A DNA stretch of 61,101 bases, the filler included, from Circinaria calcarea (lineage: Eukaryota): assembly GCA_051942165.1 (NCBI GenBank). It is 9 parts of 9 records of this genome, joined end to end, with 100 filler letters (N's around TTAATTAATTAA, not from the genome) between each part and the next. Parts side by side here need not be neighbours in the genome. Positions count along the whole stretch, not along the records: positions 20,441 to 27,149 come from JAVECS010001513.1; positions 27,250 to 33,954 come from JAVECS010001514.1; positions 34,055 to 40,746 come from JAVECS010001515.1; 6 more parts are not named here. The stretch is one strand, 5' to 3'. How positions within the stretch are numbered: the first letter of the stretch is position 1; each line of letters starts with the position of its first letter. A program made the position numbers and the translations under genes. The notes under the pieces are model-generated. The model saw only the letters and a list, made by a program, of their open reading frames with translations, made no database searches and was not told the origin of the DNA. Positions 24,222 through 38,594 of this stretch are shown here, piece after piece.

Positions 24222-27149
24222 ATGATGGACTTGGCAAATGCTCACCCGGAGTCTCCAATGGAGCCGGACGATGCATATCCGTGCAAAGGTTGCGGCGAGG
24301 TACTGCACACGCCTCTTAAGCTCCCTCGTACCAACTATTTGGCCTGATCGCTTGGCTAACTCCAGTGTATCGATGTAGATTCTCGAAGAAGGAAAGGCTT
24401 TCGAGCTGGGTAGGTCCAGCGCAAGCCTATTGTCGTCCTTACAATACATGCACTGACCCAATCACAGCTAACAATCGATGGCACATCGATTGCTTTCGAT
24501 GCAACACCTGTGGCACACTTCTCGATTCCGACGCCAACCTGCTCCTACTTGGTGACGGCTCTCTGATTTGCAATAATTGCACATACAGCTGCAGCGCCTG
24601 TGGAAATAAAATCGAAGATCTCGCCATCCTAACTGGGGATCAAGCCTTCTGTGCGAGCTGCTTCCGCTGTCGGAGTTGTAAGAAAAAGATAGAGAATCTT
24701 CGATATGCAAGAACGTCCCAGGGAATCTTCTGCATGGAGTGTCATGAAGGGTTGATGGCAAGGCGTCGGAAGAAGTCTGGAAAAGGTTCATCGAGTCGGC
24801 ATAAACAATCGAGTAACAGCAACACGATGCTTCTAGATAAATCCCTACCATCTTTACCCCCCAGCGCGGTCTTAACAAGTGCCTTTTCGCCTGACCACGA
24901 AACGCCTCCATCAGACACATACTCTGATACGCCCACCGAGCTTCCTGCACAATCTTTGAAAAGGCCGGGAAACCACCGCACCGATGTACTCTCTACAAAA
25001 CGGGAGCGTTCGCCTGCTCCTTCAGAGGATGGCCGAAAAGGTAGAGTCTAGGTCAAGGTATTCTGCCTAGATGCGACGAGCTAATAACTATTACAGATAC
25101 CCTCATGTTACCATCCACAACCTACAGAAATGATAGGCACTCTCACGTATCACAACGCTCGGATTTGTTGGGAAATGGAGACGATTTTATACCCATGGCC
25201 CTTGACCTTCAAATAGCCCCTGGACCGTCTCCCATGACGAGGCATCAACAATTTGATATGCAGGACGCAAACAAATCACACACGGGAGACGTAAAGGTCC
25301 ACTCGCGCGATTACTTCAATACCAAGATTCCTCATTCGTCCTCTCGTAAGGCTTCTCAGGATCATGACATGACCCAAGGATCATCGCGTCCGGTCTCAAG
25401 ACCGGGGTCTCACGGTGGTTCTCAGCCAAGCAGCCCACATATTGCCTACCAAGAGAAAGGACGGGAGCCCACTTCAGAAATTATTGACACCATTCGGAAA
25501 CGTAACGAACAAGGTATCGCCAACAGTCTAGGTGGCATAGCCGCCTTTGATAAAGCTAATGAAACGCCTGGAAATGGGCATAATAACAATGACAAATTCA
25601 AGCTCCAGGAAGTGCCTAAACGCAGAAGGTCAGGGGCGTCCGCTAGGAACTCGAGATCCGATATGCCATCTACAGGTCTAGACACGTCGGTTGTGAATCC
25701 TCCGTCGAACTCTGCCCCGGCCTCTGTAAGTACACAACTGAAAGAACAGCATGTTGTCGTATCATCAGCTTCACCCCGCTCAGCGCAATCAAGTGACACC
25801 TATTCTCCTTCTCCCCGCTCGCCTAAGGACTCAAGGCCTCAAATGAATGGATCAAAAGACTCATCCATGCCACATTCATCACCACTGACGACGCAATTAC
25901 AGCACGTACCACTGCGAGGAGACTCCCTGCAGAAGGCATCTTCCAAACACTCAATGGTTCCCAGAAAAGAGATTACCGGCACCAAGTTATCTTACAGCTC
26001 CTTACCACTTGACACCGGGCTGGAGTTTGCAATATCTACTCCGCCTTCAACGACGAAAAGTCAAGGCTCTCCTACAGCCTCGATGCATCTCAATGGGAAT
26101 AAACCCAACCCAAAGCTCTTAGACTCACCCGTTCCTAGACGTAGTTCTGAAGTGATGCAACCTCCGCCACGAGCAAAGGATCGGCCCGTAGTGAGTACTG
26201 GTTCTACCACCGAGTCCTTCATTTCGCCACGCGCACCTCCACACCCGCCTTTGGAAATGCCACCCAGGGCAAGGAATGAATCCGTCAGCACGATACAGTC
26301 CGAATCTACTAGAAACGGCGACCTGCCCGCGTCGCCTTCGCTGCCTCGCTACAGCGCCGGAGGGGAATTTTCCATGGATGAGGATATGGCTCGTATCCTG
26401 GGGAATGAGGATGGCGATCAAGCATCCTTCCTACGGCGTGTCTCCAACTCGGTTCGACATGCAAGAAGTTATAGCGATAGAGGGACCCGTCTCTCGAAGG
26501 AGCATAAATGGCCCAAGTCGCCGCTCAACGGGAGCAACACCTTTCCACGTGAAGTCAGCAGTCCTGCTTCCTCGCCCGAAACACGAGAGGAATTAATGTG
26601 GTTTAAAAACGAACTTCGAAGGGAACGTCAAAAGACCGCCGAGAAAGATCAGAAGGTTGCCGAGCTAGAGGCAGCGTTAGATGGGAGAACCACCATTAAG
26701 CAGATGAACTACGAACTGAATGAAAAAAGATCCACGATGATAGTCTTGGATACGCAAAAAGAAATTGTGGTTCGAGAGCTCGAAGTTCTGACCGAGCATA
26801 TTGCGGCGTCGAAGAAAAGCAGGGACCCTTTGGATCTAAGTCAAATGAGAAACGTCGTCCTCCGTGAGTTTGGAGAATCTTTAGAGAAGCTGAAATCTAC
26901 TTTTGCCCCCCAGATCATGGATCTCACGGAAAAGAGGAACGATCTCATCGATGAGGTATCGCGACTTACCCAGCTGAGGGAGCAGAGCGTTCAGGAATTC
27001 GAGCAATTATCCGTGAAGAATGCGCAGCTTGCTGAACTCAACAACCAATTAGTTCATCAGATACAAGCACTGTACAAAGCAAATGCGAACAACACGTTGG
27101 ACGCAGTCAAACCACCGCCTCAAGGGCTTGGGATATACACGCAACCTAC
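24222..27149 (+). CDS. RGA1: LIM-domain Rho GTPase-activating protein (Rga1/Rga2-like), truncated before the GAP domain
   Basis: Exons 24222-24299, 24379-24409, 24468-25040, 25097-end give YPCKGCGEILEEGKAFELANNRWHIDCFRCNTC and a second LIM (CSACGNKIEDLAILTGDQAFC), then a coiled-coil region. Confidence 0.9.
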
Positions 27150-27249
27150 NNNNNNNNNNNNNNNNNNNNNNNNNNNNNNNNNNNNNNNNNNNNTTAATTA
27201 ATTAANNNNNNNNNNNNNNNNNNNNNNNNNNNNNNNNNNNNNNNNNNNN
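27150..27249. other. Artificial contig linker
   Basis: N-run with central TTAATTAATTAA. Confidence 0.98.
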
Positions 27250-27566
27250 GGTGGATGGTTTAGGGGGGCATGGGGATACGGAATGTGGGAATAGCAATGG
27301 GGCATTTTGCTTCGCTCTCCGAATGGCCGGGCTTGGGGTCAGTAAGCGAGGTAATTTTGGGAAGTTCTTCGAGGATGAATTTGCCTTTGAATGGTAAAAT
27401 CTGTTGGACATTGTGACTAGGTCTATTTTCTACGGGAAGGTTGTTTGGGGAATTGTGATTAGTGTAATCTTTATATACGTACGGAAGAGATCCCCTCCCC
27501 CCCTTCCCCTCAACTCCCATCTTTCTCTCCCGCGTAATTCGGTAACAAGAGTTTTGAGACTATCAC

Positions 27567-28547
27567 TCACAACCAAGCCAGCACGAGTAAAACCCCACCA
27601 CCCATCCCAATCGAAACCGCGACACCCCAGACATCACTTCCCATCGAACCAGCTCCCCCCGTAAACGGCGTCGGAGTCTCCGTCGCAGAAGTAGTCGGAC
27701 TCGGCGCCGTGGTTCCATTCGTCCCCACGGTTCCCCCGCACGCACGGTTGAAAGCCTGGGGACTCAGATACGTATCCGGGGTGGTGGCAATACCGAAATC
27801 CTGCGGAGTCAATGCGGTGTCGTAGCCATGGCAGTACCACCTGATCACCTGGCTCTGCCCGGATGGTAGAGGCGGATCCGGGATGCCCAGGTTAACGAAG
27901 AAGCTTGCGCATCTGGGGCCAAAGGAGTCACAACGAGCAGAACAAGCTGCGACAATCGTGGACTGGGGGTCTGAGGCGTTGAGGTTCGTGAGATTGAACA
28001 CATCGTGCGCGAGGGCAAAGGGTTGGGTGACGAAGATTCTTTGGTCTCGAAGGGAGGTGGGGCTGGGGAGAGGGTAGTATCCCGTGCCGGTGGGATTGGG
28101 ACAGGGGGTTGAGTTTGTGTAGACGCCGCCGACGGGAGCGCAGACTTGGTTGGAGGCTTGGGTGATTTCTGGGGAAGGGTTCAGTATGAAGTGGGTGTGG
28201 GAGAACAAAAACCAGGCGGTAGGACATGACTTACGCTGGATATCGGAGACGCTGCAACCACTGCCCTCACACAATTGAACTGCATTTAGAAAGGTTGGGT
28301 TCTTGCAGATGCATGTCAGGTTTGACGGGCTGCATCCTGAGAGTACCTGAGAATCGGCGATACAGGACGACTAGATTGGGAAAAGGATTGGATTAGGTAT
28401 AGAGACTTCCAGGTAGGTCTTGGAGGAAGAACATACTGCACATGGCGGAAAACCCGAAAGGACGGTTGGAGTAATAGTAGCATTCTGGGCGCGAGTGAAA
28501 GGCAAGATGCCAGTAATGAAAAAGTGGGAGAGAAGTTGCATGATCAT
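27567..28547 (-). CDS. CFEM-domain, probably GPI-anchored cell-surface protein (3 exons)
   Basis: Signal peptide; FPPCA|SSCIAD..GCSPSNLTCICKN..LCEGSGCS..D..QVC Cys pattern; Thr-rich stalk, PFTGGA and hydrophobic C-terminus. Confidence 0.85.
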
Positions 28548-30584
28548 AGTGCTAATACAAGGAAAGGAAGTCTGTATTCACAAAGGTTGATGATATTAAC
28601 ATAGGACAACAGCCTCCTTTTATACTAATTTCCAGACTCAATTCGTACCCGATCATCGTGACCTGCACCTCCCGCAGAATAATGGTGGATTTAAATCATG
28701 ACCTACTTGCATGCTGCGAGGCCATTGAGTTTTTCTCAACCGACGCATGATGCATGAAGATGACCATCATTTGCAACTGGTATATGTATGCGAGTGTAAG
28801 TAGTCAAAACCGATTCGGTTAGAGTCATTGCGAAGATCTCCGGTTCCATAAGGGATGCGGGAGCTTGCATTAGGCGATGCAGCAAGAACCACAGAGCAGG
28901 ATGAGTGGGGAACTGCATGCACAGTCAATCGACTGTTCCTGAGATTCTTCTTATGCACCCAAGAAACCTGTGCCTGGCCAATTACCTTCTAACGCTTAAA
29001 GTTAAGCCGCAGTAAGCAAAGTCGGATTCCTCCAATAGCATACGTCATTCTGGAGTAAGGACAAAGGAAACTCCTCGTGGATATATGCAAACTACATTTT
29101 TAAGCCACTTCTTCACCGTCGCCATCAATGTCGACTAGCCTACGGGCTATTCTGTTCCAAGTGGCGGAAGAATTGGTAGCACATACCTAACGGTAAAGAA
29201 TTATGTCAAGGATAGACCAAGTAAACACCTGTCAACCTCACAATGGTATCCATCAGACATGTGCCTGTCATTAACAGTATCATCTTAGGAGTTTCTAATG
29301 TATCTTTAATAGCTCAGTGGAGATCCGTCTGATAGATGTACACGACACTCGTAGAGACGAAGACCATCTTCGTACTCGAAGCCGGGCTAGGTGTCGACAG
29401 TGGACGGACCATGGAACATGCAAATGATTAATTCAATAGTAAGTTATCCTTATGAGTGAAATCGAGATGTACTCTCGAGCGTGCTGGAGGCCATTGAGAC
29501 TTTATTGCAGAAGTCGATATGGGTGGCCGAGAAACCAGAGGTTTAGCGAACAAGTCTAGCTTAGCAAGAGTAACGAGGGACAATATTTTTTACGCCAAGT
29601 GGAGAAATCATAGACAGTTGCGTCCGTCCGAAGAAGCAGAGTAGGCTGGTGCATAAGCGTGCGAGGGGAACCCAAGACAAGAAAAGTTTTCCAAGGGAGT
29701 TTGACATGAGAAAATTTTTCCGCATATCAAAACGTCTCGGACACAGCTCCTACCACGGTACCGGAAAGCATAACAGCCTCCCTAGCTGCTGTGGTCACCA
29801 GTGAGGTTCTATGTTACCGTGTTGGAGGCGAGAAGAATGATGACGATTGCTCGACACGACGCTGCACAGCAAGCAAGCCAACAAACAAGCATGAGAGAGA
29901 ACTTGAAGCTGTAGGCTGAGACCATGTTCGCAGCATCTGCTTTCGCGAGTAGTGAATTAATGTCTACGACTTGACTCTCCCCCTTCAAGAGAGCGGTGAT
30001 ATAAAGAAGAGATGGTTGCCTCAGGCTACCGAAACAACCGACGGCTAACGCTAACGGAAGTAGTGTCGCCCCGCCATCCTTCGGATACGGAGTACTGGAC
30101 GGAGTATTGACAGTTTCTGGGAGGGCGACTAGCGAATCACCGAATTCCCTCACCGACCTTTTCCAGCATCCACGAATAATTTACTGACGCCTCATCGAAT
30201 AGAGAATCAGGTCAAGGTCACAGTCTGAATTCCTTACATTGGTCTTTACCTCAATCACGAAGCAATTGCGGCATCTTGGCCATCTTTTGATATCACCTAC
30301 GGTCGAGAAAGAGTGACCTGAGCCCTACCATAATAATCGGACGCTGGATAACAACAACCACATCTGCGCAATCAAAGCAGTTGCTGATCAGTGTCAACGG
30401 TTACATGCAAAGGACAATCGCCATCAACACGGCCAAGCTACAGTTCTGTCGGAGCTGTCGCATGGTTGACCCTACGAGCTTGGAGATCTAAGCATCTCCT
30501 CGTCGACTCCTCCGTCCTCCGATACCGATCCTCCCTTTCTTCTGCCTCAGTCATCCCCGTCTGGTACCCGGATCGATTTGCAGC

Positions 30585-33200
30585 ATGGCTTCTCCCGGGC
30601 TCGCACCTCCGGGGAGCAGTACCTATTCCTCCAACACCTTGAATGTCGGTGACGGAACATGGGACTCTCAGAGGAATACGTTCCTGCTGCCAAATTTGGT
30701 AGGGCTAAACTTCGAGACTATGCGATACAACGGTAGGATAAGGTCTCCTGCAAGGCATCTTACTATCCGCTAATTTAGATAGGCATGGGCAACCGATTCC
30801 TGGCACTCCCGGGTTACCACTCCCTCATCCGCGGCCATGGCGTTGTCGCCGCCATCACCTTCCTCGTCATCGTTCCCGCGGCCATCATGATCAACCGCTT
30901 CTATACCAGAAGGCCCTCTCGGGCTATACGATATCATATCTGGCTGCAAATTCTGACGGTGTTATTGACGACGGTTATTTTCGTACTTGGATATTTTGCT
31001 GTGGGACCTGAACGGAGTTTGACGAATCCTCATCATGGAATAGGGACGGCAATATATGTTCTAGTGCTGATTCAATTCTTTGGGGGTTGGTGGGTAAACA
31101 GTAGGGAAAGGAGAAAAAGGGCAACACAAATTCCATTGAAGGTGGTGGTGAGTAACTCTACTTCCTTCCCATTTGGTACCAGTTACTAAGGTTCTGCAGC
31201 TTCACAAATGGATCGGTCGTATTATAGCACTTCTTGGACTGGTGCAGATACCTCTTGGACTCACCCTCTACGGCTCACCACTCGTATTATTCATACTCTA
31301 TGCATTGGTTGCGTTCGCTTTAATACTCATCTATTTCATCTTAAACTTCGTTCAAGAAAGGCAGAGAGACCGGGAGTATAGCAGCGAATACAGCTATGAA
31401 TCAGGTTCAGGTAGTGTTGTCAATGAACGGAGACATGGTCGATTTGGAACGCTGGCGAAAGGTGCCGCTGTTGGGGCCGGATTGGCGGCGCTATCGAGTC
31501 GTTTTCGCAGAAGATCTGGGAACCACAGCGATCGAGACAATCCGGAAGTGGTTGGTTCACGGAGACATTCGGGTTCTTTGGTAGAGGAAGAGAAATACAC
31601 AGAATATGATCGTGGTCATGGAGGTCGGGAGGGCGGCTGGACGGACAGGTTGGTAGGACTCGCAGCTGCGGTGGGAGCTGGTGCATTGGTGGGAAAATTG
31701 CTGGGCCGCAGAGGAGATAGAGACGACTATAGTGACGATGGTGATCACAGGGCTCCAGGTAGGGTGATAGATGGAAGAGCTACAGAAGTCAGCGAAGATA
31801 GCCTTGGGAGAGTGGAAGAAGGTCGACCGCTTCCAAGCCGGCAGCATCCACTTAACCAACCTCTTAATCCACCTTTGACTCAGCCTCTCAACCAATCTTT
31901 CAATCAATCACCAACTCAGCCTCTCAATCACCGTCGGAGCACGAGTTTATCGTCTTACGATAGTTACATGAGTGGAAGCCCTTCTCGTCGGGATCGGCGA
32001 GGCCATGGCCTTCGCAATGCGGCTGCAGGTCTCGGCGCTTTTGGTTTGGTAAGGAACATCATGAATAAACGTAAGCAACGGAAAGAGGATAGGCGTATTG
32101 AGGCCATACGGCAACAAGAGATTGAAGATGAGCGTCTTAATCGAAGTCATGGCAAGCGTTTGACCGGCGATGGGTTTCCGCGGCGCGGTGGCCGTCGAGG
32201 TTCACTCACTGCTAGTACTCAGTACTCTGCCGATAATCGTCCTCGTCGCGAGGCTGGTCTTCCACCAGCAGCTCCATTAGGCCCATCAGGTGTCATACCT
32301 GCTGGGATCGCGGGAGCGGCGGTGGGTGGTGCGCTTGCAGACCGAGACCGACACAGAAGTAGATCGCAACATACGATTTTGGGTGCTAACAATCCGGTTC
32401 TTACTGGTAATGTTCCTGGAGATCCAGCCGCCATGCCTCCGAATCCACCATTCGCACAGGGTGCTCTTCACCAAGACTCCTCGGGCTCAGAAGTGTACGC
32501 CTCAACAGGCGGGCGACAGCACCGTCGTCGTTCAGGCCGTGGGGCTGCAGCTGCCGGTCTGGCTGGTGGTGCAGCTGGTCTTGCGGCAGGCGAAGCCCTC
32601 TCGAATCATCGCAACCAGTCACGAGATCGACATCATAGCGCTAACGAGGGCAGCGTGGCTTCACCACCTGTCAGTGTCAAGGTCAAGATGCACAGTGACG
32701 GCCGTCATGTCACTTTACGACGATTGCCCGAGCAGGAAGCAGCTGCTGAACGAGCCGCACGCCGCCAATCTCGAAGTGCCAATGGCCGTCGACACCGACG
32801 AGGTACTAGTGCAAGCTCTCTGAGTGGCACTGACATAGGAGGCGGCGAGCGATGGCGCAGGACAGAAGCCATCGAGAGACAGCAACAAGCTGAAATGGCA
32901 CAACAAGCACAGTACGCACCCGCGCCCTCGGTTCCGTATCCCATACCACCGCAACCCGCATTCCATCAGAGTGGCAATAACCTTGCCATACCCAATCCTC
33001 TCCCACCACCTCCACCTATCCCGTCCAGTTCTCCTCTTGGGCCTCCTAGACCGGGAACCGGTAGCGTAGGCAGCCCAGGGACATATGACGGTACCGGGAC
33101 AGAGGCGAGTGCGGATTATGCGAATAACCGACGGCGAAGGAGAGCCGAGAGGGCGCAGGCCAAGCAGGCACGAGAGGGTCAGGGGGTAGAGTTTAGCTGA
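30585..33200 (+). CDS. Cytochrome b561-domain membrane protein with long disordered C-terminal tail (3 exons)
   Basis: TM helices with His ligands (GHG, YHIWLQ, NPHHGIG, LHKWIGR); introns near 30733-30782 and 31148-31199. Confidence 0.85.
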
Positions 33201-33954
33201 GATGAGAATGGAAGATGGCGGTTTATTTCATGTAGCGATTGACTTTGAGAAAACTGGGAATGGTCTTGTATCCTTTCGAGGAGAATTAGCAGCGGGAAAT
33301 GATGGCCATGTCGTTTTAGCATAGCGCGATCTTGGTTCCTGTGCATTATAAGACACCATGCATTTATGCATCTACTCGGGAACTCATGGGGCTTTTGGTA
33401 TTCCACGCCTTTTTGTATAAACCGCCTGAAGAATAGATCAGGGGTTGTATTTGATCTACCTACGTTTATTTACTGACGGTGTCTTTCCATACCTTATCTA
33501 GAGGTTTATACTATCGTAACTATGTACTGTGGCCGTAAGGGGCCCAGTTGCCTTGGTCTGATTTCGGGTTTACTATGTAACCTTATTTTCCTTTATAAAT
33601 TTAATAACGGCAATGTAGCTGTTTAAAAATGAAGAGGGGGAGTACTAGTTGTATAATATTGAGAAAACCATGGCTGGAACGTCTTCTCATCCCAAGTGCC
33701 CTTGCCTGGAGACTGTCCAGCAATAAAGCCATAGCCAACTCCAGTCTGACCTCGTTTGCTGAATATCTGTCTTGCAAAGTCCGCTCATAACATATTTACT
33801 TGATTTTCTTAATAACTGTAGGCTTTTATAATATTCTACGAGACAATAGCAGCTACCCTGCAGAAAGCACGATGCCAGTGGGCAAAGGATTTCTTCGCGG
33901 ATCAAATTGATCTACTACTGGGTTTGGTTCCTTTTTGGTGTTTTCCTTTTTGGG

Positions 33955-34054
33955 NNNNNNNNNNNNNNNNNNNNNNNNNNNNNNNNNNNNNNNNNNNNTT
34001 AATTAATTAANNNNNNNNNNNNNNNNNNNNNNNNNNNNNNNNNNNNNNNNNNNN
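33955..34054. other. Artificial contig linker
   Basis: N-run with central TTAATTAATTAA. Confidence 0.98.
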
Positions 34055-34599
34055 GGTGGAAGAGAGGGAGGGAGATGGGCAGGGGGATGAGAGGGAAGAG
34101 GGGGCGAAGAAGGCGGAGGAAGGGGGAAGCGGCGATGATGAGGTGGGTGGTCATGGGGTCCTTTTACTTGAAAATAGTGTTGCTAACGGATGGTGTGTGA
34201 ACAGGGTTACACAATGGATATGATGCTGAGGACTTTGAACATTGAGCTGGACATGATTGGTTATGACAGGGATATGCAGAGATGGACGGATTAAAAAAAA
34301 GGTGTGGAAGAAGCGATTGTGTGATTCGGGTGAAACTGGGATGCAATGGCGTATGAGCTTGGCTTTGTTCGAAGATACCCCTGGAACACGTAGCGCTTCG
34401 TTGGCTACGACGTTTTGCTTTCGTGCTTGAACGTGATGATGGAGGATGATCTTAGGGCCGTCAGGACATGTGCATGGATGTGGGGAAAAAGGATAAACAT
34501 CAGCTCAGACAAGAGCCAAGGTCTTGCTGCTACACTACAAATAATGGATACAGTGAGTTGTATACAAGATGGAAGAGGATCCCAACGCCAACGCTATGC

Positions 34600-37316
34600 T
34601 CAATGCCCGATGCCGCCTGCGACCCATTGCCCGTAATTTGGATCCCCCGGGGGTGGGAAGAAGCCTCCGTCCGGCTGCTGGCCAGGCAAGGGCTGGGGCG
34701 CCGGAGCGGCCCCCTCCACCGCTCCTTGCGCGACTTGGTGCTCTACCGCCGCCGCCCTCCGGGCTGTCTGCTGCCTCTGCTGTCGGTAATATACCAGGAA
34801 GACGAGGGCTCCAGCCAAGGCGATTATGATTAGGCTTTCCAAGATCCCTTCGTCGATTTCGTCGTAAAAGTCATCGCCTCCAGGCATAGGATCATACATG
34901 GACGATTCGGGCTGGTCGTCGGCGTCGGCGGAGTGATAGTAAGGATGGTCGTCCCGGAAGAATTTGGACATCCATTCGCCCCAGGAGAGAATCTGTTTGG
35001 GTTCTGCATCTTCAGTTAGTATCGCACATAGCAAACAGTTAATGCATCAACTCACTAGGCTCTGATTGAATGGATTTAACTTTTCCATTCGTAAGCGTGT
35101 TCCAAGCACTCCGCATTCGCAGCTTCAGCAGACCCAACTTGACGGGCAAGTACGCTTCCTGATTCGTCTCCAAAGCCATGTCATAGAATCTTTTGGCCAA
35201 ATGGAAGTCTTGCTCCACCCCAATACCGTTCTCATGCATCCAACCCAGGTTCCACATTGCCTGTGCACTCTGTTGCATCTCAGCAGCGGTCTGGTAGCAT
35301 GTAGCGGCTTTCTCCATGTCGGCCTCTATCCCATATCCACCAAGGTAGTAATCCCCCATCTTAACCATCGAATCGATGTTATGTTGCTTGGCCGATCGGG
35401 TCCAGTATATCAATGACAAAAAGGCGTTACGCAAAAATGAAGGCTGCTTTTTCCATGGTAGTAGCGAATCCAATGGCAAAATCGATTTGTGCTCATCGAG
35501 CATATAGGCTACATTTGCCTGGGCGTACTCGTATCCCTGCTCGGCGGCCATCATGTATACAACCAGGGCAGTTTCTTTGTCCCCATTCTCATACGCTCTA
35601 TTAGCCTCTTCGAATGATGAATGTATGGCTTCGGCCTTCTCCACAACGACCTTGTAGTAAGCTGTTGCAAGCCCACAAGATCGGTCACGGCCTATGCCGT
35701 TGTTGGTCAGTTCGGCTAGGTAGTAAAACGCTTCGATTTGTCCGTGGCGTAGAGCAAGCTCGAAGAATCGGATTGCGGCCGGTATATCGCCTTGATCCAA
35801 GAAGAGTTTACCGAGCTGGACTTGGGCTGCAGGCCAATCCTGCTCTGCAGCCGCTTTGAAGTAATTCGCGGCAGCTACCGGATCTTTGCTAACTCCATAT
35901 CCATGAAGATACATCAGGCCTAATTCATATTGACACGAAGCATCGCCATTAGCGAGGCCACGCTTGAACCAAGTTAGAGCCTTTTCAAAGCTTGGCTCTG
36001 TAGCCTCTCCCCTCAGAAACATACGCCCAATGTATGCTGCAGCTTTGGAGGCGGTCTTTCCAATTTCATCGCCATCATCTGACAGCACCGAACCATCCTT
36101 AGCCCAATACTTGCGTGCGACAATCATAAAGTATGCTCTGGCCGTCTTTAAATTCCTCTTCATCGTCCGAGATCCGTCATAATGTAGTCGGCCGAGGCTG
36201 AACGTTGCCTTCAAGTCACCTTTCCTCGACATGAGATCTAGATATTCCAAGACGTCGTCAAGTGCCGCATTCTGGTCAGAGTTTGCCGGGGCTTTGTTGG
36301 CATGGACTCCAGAGCTGACAACGCTGGCACCTTCCCCATAGACACCACCCTCCTCATCCGCAATTCGATATGCGTCTCGGGGAAGCGCCAATCCGCCTGG
36401 TGGACCCGACCTGGCATATGCAATCGCTTTGTCGGCAACCTTCTTATAGTGTACGGCGGCTTCGTTACAATTCCTTGGGGTCCCGATCCCTGCGTGATGG
36501 CGGAAAGCGATTGTCATCTCAGACCTGATGTTCCCACCACGCGCTGCGAATGTATGATACATGAGTGCCTTTGCCTGATCTCTCTCAACAGCACCACCGA
36601 TTCCTGTTGCGTACATGAATCCGACCATATGCTGCGCAGAACTGTTGCCGTACAGTGATGAGAGTTCGTCATATCTCCGAAAAGCTTCCTTGTAATCTCG
36701 AGGGTGTGTGAAATTGCCGTAGAAGTTCATTTCGGCGAGTAGAAAAATAGCATCCGCATTACTTTCCCTCGCGGCTCCCTCCAGAAGCTTCACGGCTCTT
36801 GCCAATGGCTTGTTAAGTTTGCGCTCTTTGGGTTGTGTGTCGAGGGAGTCTTCTTGCTTGGGACCGTTCATGAAAAGTAAGACAAAGGCCTCCTTAGCGT
36901 AGTATAGCGATGTTCCCATGAATCCAGAACTGTTATCAAGACGCGAAAGTCGACTTCGTGGGGTTTCGAGACCGTGCAGTATTGAAAGTGCTTCCTGGAC
37001 ATCCAGTACTCCTTTTACAGCATGAGCTTCTGTGTAGAGTGAAGGGTTGTATACGCCTACCTTGGCTTCCATTACCATTGCCTCTTCGATACCACCGTTG
37101 ATTCTCCTTGGAAACAGGTTTGGTGATGGCACCTCGGACAGACGCAAGATCGATGCGTGGATTCGCGGTATCTGCAGACTCTTGCTGCTTCATCCATACC
37201 GACGGGAAAGAGACTAATAGTAACACTAGGCCAAGTCATTAGCATCTATGGAACATTCTGTCGCCCCGCAACGTACGAAACAGGAACGCCCATGGTGACC
37301 CTGCCGACCGCTTCAT
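34600..37316 (-). CDS. HRD3: ERAD ubiquitin-ligase adaptor Hrd3/SEL1L (Sel1 repeats), 4 exons
   Basis: Many Sel1 repeats (AQHMVGFMYATGIG, AMWNLGWMHENGIGVEQDFHLAKRFYD); signal peptide from spliced start MKRSAGSPWAFLF; C-terminal TM and WVAGGIGH end. Confidence 0.93.
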
Positions 37317-38594
37317 ACTGGTCCGGAATGGCAGTCCACAGCGTCGTGGAAAACTGCAGATGCAAGATAGCGTGTGGAGAGCGCCAGACTCCCAAATTGT
37401 TTCACCTTGAAATCATGGCTCACGGCCTGTCTGCTCTCCAACAGGTCCGATATCTACGAGATGATGCCAGCTAAGCCCTCGCTTAGATATCTAAAGGATC
37501 AGCCATCAGTGTCGAAAGTCGAAGCTTCAGCTCATCCCATCTCTCTTTCCAATGGCCATCAGATAAAGCTTCTTTGATGTGCCTGCGCATCTGTTTGGTG
37601 TTCGGGCCCTGGTGTGATACGATAATGATAGTCGAGAGAGCACATCGGCTGACGTACAAGGAGTATTGGATCTTGTCCAATCTGCATTGCGGTCGGGTAA
37701 ATCTACAACTACCCTCAGTACCCTTCGTCCCATTACCCCATTCTCCCATTAGTTGGCCGGTACCTATCTGTGTGTGGTATTCTCGTTCTTTCTACCATAG
37801 CATCTTCAGTACTCGCCATCCTCCAGTTTGTCGTCTCGATCGGGGTGGGCTGAACAGTTGGGTATCAGGAGTGCCCGGCCCTGTTACATCTAGATTATGT
37901 CTCCTGAATTGAATGTCAATAGCGTCAAGGTCTCATTACCTGTGATGAAATACGATTTCTAAATGAGAGGTCTTCTAAGATTTCTGTCGTTACTACAGCT
38001 ACGACTTCTGCTCACATGCTTTGAATTTCCTAACTTTAATTCTTGAACGATGGTGCCTTCAGTCGCTGCTAAATTTCTGGAGGAATTGATACGATAACTG
38101 AGAACCATGATAAGCAGCTAAAAGACTTTGGTTCGACACAGAGAGGTGAGTTTAGATGCATCTAGTCGAGTAAAGGCTATGATGCATCTTCTAGTATTCA
38201 AGCCTTGCTTCTACAGAATTCTATAGTGCGTCTCTGGGAAAAGCACTACCAAAGGCGTTTGAAATATAAGGGCTTTCGGGAAGAAGAGAATGATCTCGTG
38301 AATAGCGATCTGCGTATTAATTAAGACTAGAAGCTATTCTTCATGGGTCTCAGCAAACTGATAATTTTACATCTCGTGGTTTCGAACGCTACCAAAAAAT
38401 TCGAGAGAGATCTGCCGAACTAGGACATACACCGACGCGGTAATCCAGAAACCTAACCACCATTGTTCCGTCAACCCGACCAACCAATACGGAAGACATG
38501 ATTCAGAACATAAGAGAAGAAGAACCGCCCATGTCAGGTTCCAATTTAGACACCATCAATGAGGGAAGCGTGCTCCCATCACAACCAAACCGTT

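Noticed and set aside
29809..30153. 114-aa minus-strand ORF
   Set aside because: No ATG start or motif; lies in the upstream region of the b561 gene.
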